Position numbers and translations under genes: made by a program
In this document: piece after piece, positions 8,568 to 18,188 of the stretch
Layout of the letters: every line of letters starts with the position of its first letter
Position numbering within the stretch: position 1 is the first letter of the stretch
Notes under the pieces: model-generated
The model's database searches: none
The model's input: the letters and a program-made list of their open reading frames with translations, nothing else
Told to the model about the DNA's origin: nothing
DNA from: Candidatus Obscuribacteraceae bacterium
Lineage (GTDB): Bacteria > Cyanobacteriota > Vampirovibrionia > Obscuribacterales > Obscuribacteraceae
Direction: 5' to 3'
DNA: 64,000 nucleotides
NCBI GenBank assembly: GCA_044226015.1
Contig: JBGAHS010000002.1
Span: 497,571 to 561,570, forward strand

Positions 8568-8987
8568 ATGCCAAAAGAATCTGCCGGTTGCCTTCTCTAT
8601 AAGTTAGATAATGGGGAATTGTCAGTATTATTGGTGCATCCCTCTGGAAACTACAACAAGAAAACCCCTTGGACCATTCCAAAAGGTCTTGTAGACGACA
8701 ATGAAGAAAAGGAAATGGCAGCACGCAGAGAAACAAGAGAAGAAACCGGAGTGGAAGCAGGCGAACTCGTACCACTTGGCTTAGCAATTCAAGGCAAAAG
8801 TAAAAAACACATCTACGGCTTTGCTGGTGAGGCTCCCTCTGACGCAGCCCCGCATTGCGCCTCGTGGGAGGTAGACAAATCAGAATTTGTTTCAATGGAA
8901 GCCGCCAGAAAGCTCATACATCCCGATCAGTTGATCTTTCTAGAGAAATTGCTTGAACACCTAAAAGACAGCATTTCTCGGCACTAA
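8568..8987 (+). CDS. NUDIX hydrolase
   Basis: Nudix box GLVDDNEEKEMAARRETREETGV, with SAGCLLY, LLVHP and WTIPKG. Start placed at ATG 8568. Confidence 0.92.
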   Translation: MPKESAGCLLYKLDNGELSVLLVHPSGNYNKKTPWTIPKGLVDDNEEKEMAARRETREETGVEAGELVPLGLAIQGKSKKHIYGFAGEAPSDAAPHCASWEVDKSEFVSMEAARKLIHPDQLIFLEKLLEHLKDSISRH

Positions 8988-9057
8988 AATTTACTTCCCA
9001 AAAATAAAATTGGTGCATTCGGAGCAGGCTTAATTCGCAAGAGCTCGCGCACTTCCA

Positions 9058-9305
9058 AACCAGCACCGCACTAACACTAGATCCCGCACCCGCACCGCAC
9101 CATCACCAGGTCACGCACCCGCGCCGCACTAATACAGGTCCCGCTCCCGCACTAGCACTAGATCCCGCACCCGCACCGCACCATCACTAGGTCACGCACC
9201 CGCGCCGCACTAATACAGGTCCCGCACCGCACCAACACCAGATCCCGCACCAGCACCGCACTAGCACTAGGTCCCGAAACCGGCACCAGATCTCGCACCA
9301 GCATC
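9058..9305. repeat. Compound GCACC-rich tandem repeat with an 81-bp higher-order duplication
   Basis: ACTAGATCCCGCACCCGCACCGCACCATCAC.. at 9076 and 9157, built from roughly 23-29-bp subunits. Runs into the last codons of the esterase gene. Confidence 0.9.
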
Positions 9306-10343
9306 AGAACTTTTCTTCTTGTCGTCAGCTACGTTTTGTTTGCCACCCACGAATACGATAGTTCGCTTAAATACGTCAGAATTCACATCACTTTCAGCCA
9401 TGTTAACTTCTCTATGCGAAAGAGGCACCGTAAGCCACTCCACGGTTCCACCAGCCGCTTTCATGGCATCCACAAATTTCTGATGTTGAGCCGTTGCATC
9501 CTTTCTCTTTTCCCCCGAGAACATGAGAAACTTCGGATACTTACTGCCCTTATGAATATTTAGAGTTGGAGACGCATCAGTATAAGTTTTGGGCTCATGA
9601 CCAAAAGCTGACTCAAACATGCCTTTGGTTAAGATACCAGCAGCAATACCATTCTGCTCCGAAGTTCTGTCGAACAGATCCAAAGTCGCCGTATCAAGAC
9701 TCACAACCCCCTTAATGTCAGCCAATGATAGTTTGTGCGCCTGAACAAAACGACCGTTGGTTCCCAGCAAATCAACAAGATGCGCTCCAGCAGAATGCCC
9801 CATCAAGTAAACATTCTCAGAGTCTCCACCGTATTTTGCAATATTCGCTTTGACCCAAGCAAAGGCCGACGCAACATCCTCTTCGTGTGCCGGATGCTTC
9901 ACTTCAGGAGATAGCCTGTAATTTGCGCTCACGAACACCACTCCGTGCTCTGTGAAAACACTTCCCTTGTCCTTGTGCGCTTGCTGAGATTTGTCACCGC
10001 CCCGCCAACCACCGCCGTGCGCAAACAGCACCACGGGTAGTGCCTTGGCATTCTTGGGAGTATAAATATCTAGCTTTTGCAGCTGATCCTTTCCATAGGG
10101 AAGATCGACCGCCACATCCATGTTCGGGTTTGCCGGAACAGCAGAAGGTGCATCAGCTGAGGCTCTCCTTCTTTGAGCACGAGATTGCTTCAACTTTTCG
10201 AGAAAAGGTCTTGTCCCATTGGCTCCGCCGGCTTCAGTGCTACCCTGCCCTTGTGCTAGACACGTTGAAGGAAGCGACCCCAGCGACCCTAGGGGAAGCA
10301 ATCCCAATACGATCAAAGCAACTCTTAGATGTTTTCCCATCAC
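9267..10343 (-). CDS. Secreted alpha/beta hydrolase (HSL-family carboxylesterase)
   Basis: Signal peptide, HGGGW oxyanion motif, NYRLSP, GHSAG nucleophile elbow. Confidence 0.92.
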   Translation of the reverse strand: MMGKHLRVALIVLGLLPLGSLGSLPSTCLAQGQGSTEAGGANGTRPFLEKLKQSRAQRRRASADAPSAVPANPNMDVAVDLPYGKDQLQKLDIYTPKNAKALPVVLFAHGGGWRGGDKSQQAHKDKGSVFTEHGVVFVSANYRLSPEVKHPAHEEDVASAFAWVKANIAKYGGDSENVYLMGHSAGAHLVDLLGTNGRFVQAHKLSLADIKGVVSLDTATLDLFDRTSEQNGIAAGILTKGMFESAFGHEPKTYTDASPTLNIHKGSKYPKFLMFSGEKRKDATAQHQKFVDAMKAAGGTVEWLTVPLSHREVNMAESDVNSDVFKRTIVFVGGKQNVADDKKKSSDAGARSGAGFGT

Positions 10344-10371
10344 AAACTTCCTCAGTCGAAGAAGCTGAGTA

Positions 10372-11463
10372 TTATAGCCCAGATTTTCGTCTCACAGACA
10401 ACGCGGGAATCTCCATCCGTCCAATCGCAGGCATGAAGCGCGAAAATGGCCTGTGGCTTGTAGCTTTACTTGTGTCTACAATGATCTCATCGAGAACCGG
10501 TCGCGTCCCTGCAGCTCGTTCATAACCTAATAACTCAGCAGTCCCCTCGCTTATGCCACGAGGAGCCGTAACGGTTACATCACTCATTGAGTGTTGTGGC
10601 AACCACTGTGATATCGCTGCGACAGGTTGCTGCTCTGTCGTCCCAGCGATAACAGTTCGCTCAAGACTCTGCAGCCCTCCTGTTGCTTGAACAGCCGCTA
10701 GCTGCTCACCACCAGAAGCTACAGCTGCAATTGTAGGTTCTTTCCTTATTTGTGCCATTCCTCGTTCAAATACCGAGGCAGATTTGGGCAACACGGTCAT
10801 ATCGCCTGCCGCCAAGCGCTCAAGAAACGCCAGACTGTCCCTAGACCCCGCATTAGCCACAGGATCGCCGAGTGCAGGTGCTGCTGCACCCCATGAATAT
10901 GCTTCCGGTTTCCCAAAACCTGATGCAATCGAATTGACAGGCTGTGACGCTCTACCCAGCGCAGTAGCTTCGGCAGTACTCAAAACTGGGCCAACTCGTG
11001 CGGCTGTGTTCAAGCCCGCACCTTCGGTCAGAGCAGCTCCTGCAAGGCTAGTTTCAGGCAATAATCCAGCTCCAGCAGCAATTTTCGAAGTACCCATAGA
11101 ACCCAAAGCTCGGCTCTCTAGATTTAGCATTTTGGCAGACGAAGACTCAGTCAATGAAAGTGCGTCCTTCGCGAGTAAGCGAGAAAGCGCTCGCCCACCG
11201 AAAGTAAGCGCGACCAAGCCCGCAGTAACTGTGACGCCAGTTAGAATTTTGTTGTTCTCAATCCAGCTGCCCCAACTTTCGTCTGCAAGCTTATTCGCTG
11301 GAGCTGACTCTGCCGGTGCATTGAGCAAATCCGAGCGCTTTAATTTGAAAAAGTCGTCCATTTTAGAATATCCACTGCCTCCTGATACTCTAAACGAGTC
11401 AGCTGACATTTTGGAGCTGAGGATGGGAAGGATACGAAGTGATCCCAATATTAGTGAATTCAT
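10372..11463 (-). CDS. Hypothetical Ala/Gly/Ser-rich protein with one hydrophobic segment
   Basis: 363-aa ORF, TM-like ILTGVTVTAGLVALTFGG, co-oriented with neighbours. The start may be later (MSADSF). Confidence 0.7.
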   Translation of the reverse strand: MNSLILGSLRILPILSSKMSADSFRVSGGSGYSKMDDFFKLKRSDLLNAPAESAPANKLADESWGSWIENNKILTGVTVTAGLVALTFGGRALSRLLAKDALSLTESSSAKMLNLESRALGSMGTSKIAAGAGLLPETSLAGAALTEGAGLNTAARVGPVLSTAEATALGRASQPVNSIASGFGKPEAYSWGAAAPALGDPVANAGSRDSLAFLERLAAGDMTVLPKSASVFERGMAQIRKEPTIAAVASGGEQLAAVQATGGLQSLERTVIAGTTEQQPVAAISQWLPQHSMSDVTVTAPRGISEGTAELLGYERAAGTRPVLDEIIVDTSKATSHRPFSRFMPAIGRMEIPALSVRRKSGL

Positions 11464-11804
11464 TCTCTCATTTAGACATCGTTTTACTTAGAGCGCAGAG
11501 GAGGATTAACAGCTGGCAACTGTGGCTCAATACAGCATCATTTTTTTCTGCAGGTGAGGAGAGCTCCATCAACAATTGCAACAATGAATCGAATAAGTAG
11601 AAATGCGCTCAATCCAAGGCGACTCAAGCACTCGAATAATCAAATCGATTGCAAACATAATTCTCTTACAAAATGCCCTCAAAAATAAGCACTGCGCGGC
11701 TTTCTCTACTAATTCAAGCATCTGCAATTTTCCCAACAGAAGTGGGAAAGGTATGAATGGCAAAAGCTAAGTCTGTTGAATTGTGCTCTATACGGACCTT
11801 TCAA

Positions 11805-12662
11805 TTATCTCAATGAACACTGACTCAGTGCGGAAATTGAGAACAACGGGCTGTGGGTTAACGCAGTTTCTTCTTTTGAACTTGTTGCTATCAAGCAGAT
11901 TTCTTCCACGGCGGAAAGATGCCTTCGAGCATCCTCAAAGGTCTGTGATGCAATTAAACTCGCAATATGCATTGAGAGTAAGGGTCCCAAAATCATTGCA
12001 GAACCGAAAACTCTACAACGTCCACTGGCAATTTCAAACTTGCTCTCGTTTACAAGCAAAAAGATTTTGCTCTCGAATAACCCATCAACGCCTGGCTCAG
12101 TCTCTGTGGCGAGTCGAACCTTATTCACCATTTGTTTTGAATCAAAATGAGAATCCAAAAGAATGTGACTGATAGAAGCAAAGTCATCACAACTAGTGCT
12201 GTCACAAGCGCTTAGATGCAATAAACAGCTCCTGTATTCGTACTTTCCTTGCGGATCTGTCACCTGCGAACTATTCTCTTTCCAATCCCAAACCAGAGAA
12301 TCCATCACTTGAGCCACCTGTTCAGCAGTAAGCGAAGAACAGTCCGCCATGACAATTCCTAACTCTGCTTCTGATGCAATTTTTTCTCTCAGTCCAACCG
12401 GCTCAGACATCTCACCAAAGTCACAATACAAGAAATCAATGGCGAGGAGCGCGTCAAACTCTGCCGAACTTAATACAAAATCGAAACACATGTTCTCGAA
12501 TCCTGCGCATCCCTCGACACAAGCAGAAGGATCATTTAGTTCCATGATCTCACTCAATTTGACTTTTGGAAAGACATGCAAACCCGCAGCGCTGCTTGAA
12601 CAAGTAGGCAGCTGGTCAAGAAACGATTCCCTGCGTCCCAAAAGTCTTTTCTTTCGCATCAT
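11805..12662 (-). CDS. Hypothetical acidic, Cys-rich protein
   Basis: 285-aa ATG ORF filling the gap between co-oriented genes. No confident family. Confidence 0.7.
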   Translation of the reverse strand: MMRKKRLLGRRESFLDQLPTCSSSAAGLHVFPKVKLSEIMELNDPSACVEGCAGFENMCFDFVLSSAEFDALLAIDFLYCDFGEMSEPVGLREKIASEAELGIVMADCSSLTAEQVAQVMDSLVWDWKENSSQVTDPQGKYEYRSCLLHLSACDSTSCDDFASISHILLDSHFDSKQMVNKVRLATETEPGVDGLFESKIFLLVNESKFEIASGRCRVFGSAMILGPLLSMHIASLIASQTFEDARRHLSAVEEICLIATSSKEETALTHSPLFSISALSQCSLR

Positions 12663-12744
12663 AATTTATTTGTTCGACACCTTTTGAAGTATCTAGAAAT
12701 GCTATCAATTCGAATTTGAAATTTACCTGAAACGAAGTTGTCAG

Positions 12745-13476
12745 CTAGAGCGCACCGGGAAACTTGCGCATCAAATCCACAATAAGAGCAACTGCTGCGA
12801 GATCCGTCAATAGACCGTGAGAAAACCCTGCAGCCAAGACCGAACCAGTTCTCCTGTAAATTATCGCGAGCATTGCACCATACGCAGCTAAGATCAGACT
12901 GGCTAACTCAGCTGCGATGGGAAACATTACCAATCTGAAAATAAAGTAGTGAAACAGAGCATAAAGAAGGGACGACACGATGATCGCAAAGTGCGGAAAC
13001 GGTGGGTTCTTTATTCGTTCGAACACTCTCAAAACAGTTCCACGCCAATAAAATTCCTCGATAAACGGATTTACGACAACTGCATAGAGATTCAATAACC
13101 AGAGATTGCTCTTACTCCAGCCTAATTTATTCATCAGCGCAACTGCCGCCACATCAGAGAGAACTTTCTTTCCTAGAATTTCATACGCAAGCACAGTGAC
13201 GACAGCAAATAAAATAGCAAGTGCAGAAAGAATCACGAAAAATCGCCACGAGGGGAACGATAGATCTTTCGTCCAGATTTTTCTGGACAGCAATAGGGCC
13301 GGCAGCAAACAACCGTAGTGATATAGCCCATAAGCCCAAATCGCACTGCTAAGCTTATACAGCCCAACCCACATAGCTACACAAGGCAAAAGACTCCACA
13401 AAACAACAAGCCAGACGACTCCATCAGAGAAGTGGCTTCCTTGCTCACTTGAAGATTCAATGGCTGTATCTGTCAC
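12745..13476 (-). CDS. CPBP (CAAX/Abi) family intramembrane glutamic endopeptidase
   Basis: EEFYWRG, YALFH and HGLLTD motifs, multiple TM helices. Confidence 0.88.
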   Translation of the reverse strand: MTDTAIESSSEQGSHFSDGVVWLVVLWSLLPCVAMWVGLYKLSSAIWAYGLYHYGCLLPALLLSRKIWTKDLSFPSWRFFVILSALAILFAVVTVLAYEILGKKVLSDVAAVALMNKLGWSKSNLWLLNLYAVVVNPFIEEFYWRGTVLRVFERIKNPPFPHFAIIVSSLLYALFHYFIFRLVMFPIAAELASLILAAYGAMLAIIYRRTGSVLAAGFSHGLLTDLAAVALIVDLMRKFPGAL

Positions 13477-13552
13477 GTCATATTCGCCGTAAGAATGCTA
13501 TCCCAAACTATTATGGCACAGCCCTCTGACGAAGAATTTCGGTCGACACAAC

Positions 13553-13683
13553 TATGCACAGCATGCAACATTGCATCTAGCACGCAACAATGCAGCACAG
13601 CGCGCAAGATTGCCCTGCTCACAACAACAACATTGCATCTAAAATGCATTGCATTTACACGCAAATACATCCACCTGCAACAA
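13553..13683. repeat. Low-complexity TGCA/CAACA-rich intergenic tract
   Basis: Recurrent ATGCA, GCAACA and CATTGCATCTA words between the CPBP and GH25 genes. Confidence 0.5.
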
Positions 13684-13728
13684 CGAATTAGGAGCTGCCT
13701 GAGCTAACCCTCAACGCCAGCAAAGAGC

Positions 13729-14946
13729 CTATTTGTGCTGCTTCCGGTGCCTGCTTTGAACTTCAACTGGAGTCTTTGAAAGGTCATCACCGTAAAACAT
13801 ATTTAGATCAACAGAATCGCTGTTAATTCCAGGCACTTTTCCCTTTTCGGAATACTGCCAAAAATCCCACTTTGTCCACGGCTTCGGGATGATGGGCTCA
13901 GGCACATTATAGTTGGCAATCCACAAACTGTATTTGGCTAACTCTGGCGAATTCTTCAATACCTCGTTAAAGAAATTGGGACTGCCATAGATAGTGATTT
14001 GCGGTGCCACACCCAACTCTTTTTGAACACCCTTGCACCAATCATCAATCATCTTTATGCGTTGCTCTATCGTGTATGGCTTCCAGAGCTTCTCATCTTC
14101 AGTATCAATCACAAGGCGCAAAGCATTGGCATCAACCTTGCCTACAGTTTTTACAAAGTTCTGTATCTGGTCCTCAACAGGTCTAGGCGGTCTAAAATAA
14201 TGGTAATAGCCTACAGTAAGCCCGGCATCCACCGCGCCTTTTCTATTTTGAGCAAACTTAGAGTCGACCCAGTCACCACCCTCGGTGGCTTTCAAGAAAG
14301 CAAACTGATAACCGGCTTCCTTCACTTTCTGCCAATCGATATCTCCTTGATGAGCAGAAACATCAATTCCCTTAATTCGCTTTACAGCTGAGTCTACCCT
14401 CTGTTCAATTTCGCCTTCGGACCAGAGCTTCACATGATCTGTCTTGTTGTAAAAATCGCGCCCCCACTCTTTGAAGTCACGATCACGAATTCGCCGAGAT
14501 TCAGTAAGAACTTCCTCAGGACTCAGTTTCAACTTCCCATCTTTGACTAGTTGCTCTAAAACCTGATATGGTCCCCAGCCTTCCTTCAGTTCAGCATTCT
14601 CGATATTGTTAGCATTGTAGCGAGACCTAAACATATTTCTTTCTTCAAACAGTCGTTGTTCATTCGGCTTCAATACGACCTTAGGGTCTGCAGTATTGCT
14701 TGCTTCATCTGCAACCTTTGTTCCAGCAGGAGAAGCCCCGGCATTCCTTTCTCCACTAGATGCAGTCGGCGGCAAATTCTTTTGTTTTGCGGTAGGCTCA
14801 ACTGACGATCGCTCACCCATCAGCGCAACATACTCTTCTCGCAAATTATCACTGCCAGACCCAGAACTGGCATTCCTCTCCACAGTGCTTTCCCTGCTAC
14901 GATCTTGAAACGAATCCACCATAAGAGTTCCCCAGTGCCCAAGCAC
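13729..14946 (-). CDS. GH25 muramidase (lysozyme) with long N-terminal extension
   Basis: GIDVSAHQG, FLKATEG, GYYHYF, DxE (IDTE), LWIANY, WQYS, DLN. Likely start at MVDSF. Confidence 0.95.
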   Translation of the reverse strand: MLGHWGTLMVDSFQDRSRESTVERNASSGSGSDNLREEYVALMGERSSVEPTAKQKNLPPTASSGERNAGASPAGTKVADEASNTADPKVVLKPNEQRLFEERNMFRSRYNANNIENAELKEGWGPYQVLEQLVKDGKLKLSPEEVLTESRRIRDRDFKEWGRDFYNKTDHVKLWSEGEIEQRVDSAVKRIKGIDVSAHQGDIDWQKVKEAGYQFAFLKATEGGDWVDSKFAQNRKGAVDAGLTVGYYHYFRPPRPVEDQIQNFVKTVGKVDANALRLVIDTEDEKLWKPYTIEQRIKMIDDWCKGVQKELGVAPQITIYGSPNFFNEVLKNSPELAKYSLWIANYNVPEPIIPKPWTKWDFWQYSEKGKVPGINSDSVDLNMFYGDDLSKTPVEVQSRHRKQHK

Positions 14947-15034
14947 TCTTACATTAATCCTCTGGAGAAATTTGCATAGATTCAGAATGCGGTAAACACT
15001 AATAAGGACAACTGAAGTTTTTTCTCACAATACT

Positions 15035-15655
15035 TCAGCCTTCGCGGCTCCAAACATTTACTTGAACCACATTCTCAATAGAATCGTTCGCATAAAGCAA
15101 CTCGGTATGCCAGCCACCTTCATAGTAGAAAAACTCAGCAGCCTGTGTAGCATCGCGCTTTTTCAAATCGTCATCATCATGCTCAGTAATGGAACTCACA
15201 TTGCCGGGTAGCAAGCGCTGCATTACTTTCAGCGCATCATCCCGCTTTATGCCACCGTTCGAATATTTGACCTCGATGCTAAATGGCAAAGAGTTTCTAC
15301 AATGAACAGCGTAAGCACCACCGAACTCGTCAGCCTTACGCCCCATATACTGAGTTTTTTCACCAAAATGCCCCGGTTCGAAATAGGAAAACTCTGCTGA
15401 TCTAGACAAACCAACTTCTTCAATATCAATGTGCAAATTCGACACAGTGATGGGCTCAGAACTTCCCGATTTCTTTTTTGCAGCTGATGAATTGATAGAA
15501 ACAGCAGCCGCACCCGAGCTACTCGGCTTCGATGTAGCAGGTCTCTCCTGTACAAGATCTTTAGTTTCGTTAGCTTGCTTGCAGCCACTCAAGCCTGACA
15601 ACAAAGTCAGCAAGAGCAGCAAAGATGTTAAGTGTGGGGGAGTCGATTTACGCAT
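15035..15655 (-). CDS. Putative lipoprotein
   Basis: MRKSTPP.. hydrophobic core with lipobox LSGC. Start trimmed to the ATG at 15655. Confidence 0.75.
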   Translation of the reverse strand: MRKSTPPHLTSLLLLLTLLSGLSGCKQANETKDLVQERPATSKPSSSGAAAVSINSSAAKKKSGSSEPITVSNLHIDIEEVGLSRSAEFSYFEPGHFGEKTQYMGRKADEFGGAYAVHCRNSLPFSIEVKYSNGGIKRDDALKVMQRLLPGNVSSITEHDDDDLKKRDATQAAEFFYYEGGWHTELLYANDSIENVVQVNVWSREG

Positions 15656-15733
15656 TCGTAAAGAATAACCCAACAACATTCGTGGCGAAATACCCTGTAT
15701 AGTTATGCGTGTGATTCTAAATCTGCATTTAGC

Positions 15734-16858
15734 ATGAGCAACCCTCAAGTTTCCATCTGCCTACCCGTCTACAATGGCGCCAGACACCTCTCAGCAGCAA
15801 TCGAGAGCGCCCTTTCACAGACATTTGGAGACTTCGAATTACTAATCGCAGATGATGGCTCTTCCGACGGAAGTGCAGAAATAGCAAACACATTCATAAA
15901 ACAAGATCAGCGCGTTCGCTACTGGAAAAACGAGCAGAGACAGGGGCTTTTTGGAAATTACAACGCTTGCATAAAGCAGGCACAGGGCAAGTTCATCAAA
16001 ACGTTTGCACAAGATGACATATTTCACTCAAACGCACTTGAAGAAATGGTCAATCTTTTGGACAGCGAACCGAATGTGGCCCTGGTAAGTTCATCTCGCG
16101 AAATCATAGATGACAATGGCGAAGTCAGCGAATTTAAGCAACCAATAAAATCGAATTTCCGCGCTCGGGGAAAAGATGTCATCACATTCCACTTGATCGC
16201 CCTCAATAATTGGGTAGGTGAGCCGAGTACAGTGATGTTTCGCAGAGAATTCGCTGGCTCTGGTTTCGATAATGCTTATTATCATTATGGCGACATAGAA
16301 TACTGGTTTCGCATCTTAGAGCATGGCGACTTTTACTATTTCGAAAAAGCCCTGACACAATTTAGAAGACACGCAGCGAGCCAAACGGACAAGAATCATC
16401 GGGAAATGTTTTTTGCTTTGGACATTCTACGAATGAGCTCCAAATATCGTCACCTTCTTGCAGAGTTCGAACCAGAAGAGTTGTTCAAACGCCGCATAGC
16501 AGAGAAGATTGCACTTGAACATGGACACGTTTTGAGTGCCGCCGAACCGGAAAACCTTTTCGAGATGTACGAAAAGGTTTTTCTAGCAACAGAAAACAAG
16601 CAAATCGCCAGTAATTACACAGAGTTGGAATTACAGCGCTTACAAGCAGAAGCCGCGGGATTCAGGCTTCTAGCATCAATGTCTTTGACTACAATATCAA
16701 AGCTTATCGAAGAACTAGACCACGAAAAACGTTGCAGAGTCATCGAACACGATCGCTTTGTCGAAGAAGTTAGTAAAATGCAGAGCAGCATTTACTGGAA
16801 GTTATCCAGCCCACTGCGCAATCTAAAGAAAGCCCTGAAGGGCTCAAGCAATACCTGA
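15734..16858 (+). CDS. GT2 glycosyltransferase with C-terminal coiled coil
   Basis: VSICLPVYNG, DDGSSD, AQDD, GEPS, and tail SSIYWKLSSPLR. Confidence 0.93.
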   Translation: MSNPQVSICLPVYNGARHLSAAIESALSQTFGDFELLIADDGSSDGSAEIANTFIKQDQRVRYWKNEQRQGLFGNYNACIKQAQGKFIKTFAQDDIFHSNALEEMVNLLDSEPNVALVSSSREIIDDNGEVSEFKQPIKSNFRARGKDVITFHLIALNNWVGEPSTVMFRREFAGSGFDNAYYHYGDIEYWFRILEHGDFYYFEKALTQFRRHAASQTDKNHREMFFALDILRMSSKYRHLLAEFEPEELFKRRIAEKIALEHGHVLSAAEPENLFEMYEKVFLATENKQIASNYTELELQRLQAEAAGFRLLASMSLTTISKLIEELDHEKRCRVIEHDRFVEEVSKMQSSIYWKLSSPLRNLKKALKGSSNT

Positions 16859-16882
16859 TTCGAACGAACTTAATGCAGTACC

Positions 16883-18022
16883 TTAGTACACGAAAGCTCG
16901 TTGCCTTAGGGTGCTTTTATTAGCCTTTTGCAAGCGCTTGTTCATGGTATCCATGTCATAGTCACGATGTGACGCAAAGGCAGACCAGCTGTTCTTGTTA
17001 TGCCAGCGAATAACAGGGTTCATGAACTCATTTTTTTGGAACCATGAAATCACTGACTCTCGTGCAACATAAAATGCAACAGGAGCAGTCAGATGGTCAA
17101 ATACAATATGATTGATTTCGGTGAAATCGAAGCGCGAAATATAGTTCATATATGACTGGTAAAACAGATCTGGCAACCAGGGAATGCTTTGTTGCAGCTT
17201 GGTCCAAGGTCTAGATATGAACTTTGCATTCAAGTAAACGGGAATAGATAGGATTGTCGAAAGCACTTTCAGCATACCTGTTGGAAGGTTGGATGTGAAT
17301 GCCTTTCTCAAAGGACAGACAAGGTTGGTAATCCACCAATTGTTTTCTTTTCCGTAAACCCAAATGCTGAGAGCTCCGCCTGGTCGCAAAGTTTTGGCGA
17401 CTGAAGAGAAGCCAGCCTGGGGATCATCCATGTGATGAAGAACACCTACTGAAAAGGCAAAGTCAAAAATGTTGTTGAATGGTAATTGGCGAATGTCGGC
17501 TTGAATCAAGTGTATCTTCGGCAAATGTCCAACGTTCTTGTAGGCTACGTCAACGGCGTTGCCGATGTCGATTCCGAAAACAAGCTTAGCGCCTGATTCC
17601 ACAACAATTTGCGCATGCCGTCCCTTACCAACACCAGCTTCAAGGACAATCTTATCGTCCATAAAATCGGGATCTACTGGAAAAATCCAATCATAAAACT
17701 GCTGCTTATAGCGCTCATCAAGCCGAGAAAACTCCTTCCAGGCATTGGCAAAACGCTCCCCAGTGTTCAAATCGGTTGAGGAACTTAAACTGGGGTCAAC
17801 CATTCTGGGAATGCCATGAGTAATGGCAAACCTCTGCAAGCAAGACTTGCAAGTAAGCGACCCTGTGATAATCTCACGACCTTCTCTGTTGTCCATAGGA
17901 ATTGATTCATCCTCTTGAAGAATGAATTGTCCCTTGCAAGAAATACATGCCAGATAGGGTAATAAACTGGGTTTCAAGAGTGTTCTCCCAAAAAAGTCGC
18001 CCGAATCGCTCTCCAATCGCAA
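16883..18022 (-). CDS. Trm112-like domain fused to a class I SAM methyltransferase
   Basis: LACISCK..GSLTCKSC..FAITHGIPRM, then VLEAGVGKGRH, SVGVLHH, LRPGG. Confidence 0.88.
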   Translation of the reverse strand: MRLESDSGDFFGRTLLKPSLLPYLACISCKGQFILQEDESIPMDNREGREIITGSLTCKSCLQRFAITHGIPRMVDPSLSSSTDLNTGERFANAWKEFSRLDERYKQQFYDWIFPVDPDFMDDKIVLEAGVGKGRHAQIVVESGAKLVFGIDIGNAVDVAYKNVGHLPKIHLIQADIRQLPFNNIFDFAFSVGVLHHMDDPQAGFSSVAKTLRPGGALSIWVYGKENNWWITNLVCPLRKAFTSNLPTGMLKVLSTILSIPVYLNAKFISRPWTKLQQSIPWLPDLFYQSYMNYISRFDFTEINHIVFDHLTAPVAFYVARESVISWFQKNEFMNPVIRWHNKNSWSAFASHRDYDMDTMNKRLQKANKSTLRQRAFVY

Positions 18023-18188
18023 AAGAAGCCAAGAGAGTTATAACTATTCTATTGTCTGACTAGCTTGGCAAGCAAGCCAGTCAGTTTAAGCAAAAAGCCA
18101 ATCCGGTTTTGAACAATTTCATCTCAGAAATCCAAAGAGGCTGAAAAATCAAACGTCTCGGGCATATTAGCGCTAACCCCGCCCAAAA

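Noticed and set aside
10784..11491. 235-aa + strand ORF
   Set aside because: It is the antisense shadow of the 363-aa minus-strand gene.
13729..14946. Prophage endolysin
   Set aside because: No holin, structural, terminase or integrase genes are nearby.
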